DNA of 64,000 bases from Octopus bimaculoides. Taxonomy: Eukaryota. Shown here one piece after another: positions 63,264-64,000 of the stretch. Made by a program: the position numbers and the translations under genes. How positions within the stretch are numbered: position 1 is the stretch's first letter; each line of letters starts with the position of its first letter. Location: the NCBI RefSeq assembly GCF_001194135.2, contig NC_069007.1:11110434-11174433 (forward strand), given 5' to 3'. The notes under the pieces were generated by a model. The model worked only from the letters and a program-made list of their open reading frames with translations, was not told where the DNA came from and searched no databases.

Positions 63264-63965
63264 TACCTGCCATACAGATCACAATGAGTTTGTAGTTCAT
63301 CTTCCTACATCTATCTATCTATCTATCTATCTATACCTTCATATCTCTCCTCCCTCTCTCTTTTCCTCCCCCTCTCTTTTCTTCCCCCTCTCTTTTCTTC
63401 CCCCTCTCTTTTCCTCCTCTCTTCCCCCCTCTCCTCACTCCCCTCCTCATCTCCCCTGTCTTTCCCCCTTTTCTCCCACTCTCCCTTTCTCTAGCTGTTG
63501 TGCTACTTGGTCAAGGGTGGATGCAATGCAAGATGTCTGTGTCTGCTGGTGACTTCTTGGGCTTCTAATTAATAAAAGCATGGTACCTGATACCAAATCA
63601 TCCTCGATTCTGAGTGGCAGCTGAAATTTTTAGGCAATTATTTGTTCACTTATCTGTCTGTCTGTCTAATTGACTATATGTACGTATGTATGAATATGTG
63701 TCAGTCTTTCTGTCTATATCCATATCCATCCACTCATCTACCTCATTATTGGTCTTCCCATAAATCCAGCCATCCAGTCATCCAGCCACCTTGCTGTCAC
63801 TTTTCATATTAGATTCTGTCTGTAATATAAATGCACACTCACACACACACATGTGTATTTACATACATATATATATCTATATATATGCATATATGTGTGT
63901 GTGTATATATATTCACAGCATATATATGTACACATGCTACACACACATATATACATTCACACACA

Positions 63966-64000
<35 letters not shown>

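Noticed and set aside
63340-63495. Long homopyrimidine tract with imperfect 16-bp repeats (triplex-prone)
   Set aside because: Ordinary low-complexity sequence with nothing to suggest function.

Overview
Animal genomic scaffold: AT-rich, 16 N-gaps, very dense (TA)n/(CA)n/(AAT)n/(TCTA)n microsatellites. The SINE and LINE content resembles octopus (coleoid cephalopod) DNA; this is an inference from repeat types, not a search. I recognise no cellular protein-coding gene, rRNA, CRISPR array or prokaryotic system, and most long ORFs in the track are microsatellite or N-gap artefacts. The supportable features are decayed mobile elements: R4/Dong-like, HERO-like, CRE-like and RTE-like non-LTR retrotransposons, a Penelope-like fragment, two Gypsy-type LTR remnants, Helitron Rep and helicase fragments, a Tc1/mariner transposase fragment, hAT, pogo/Tigger and piggyBac-type MITEs, and many tRNA-derived SINEs. 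The most unusual signals are: (i) a 2-kb cluster at 37.3-39.45 kb of fold-back sequences (a 131-bp-arm inverted repeat, a tRNA-Thr(GGT)-like cloverleaf whose acceptor stem is extended to 17 bp and followed by TTTTT, a 146-nt hairpin, and an inverted SINE pair); and (ii) repeated stacking of SINEs and Dong-like LINEs inside (AAT)n microsatellites with fixed opposite polarity. A few splice-bounded candidate exons are listed as low-confidence leads only. Most element boundaries are approximate.
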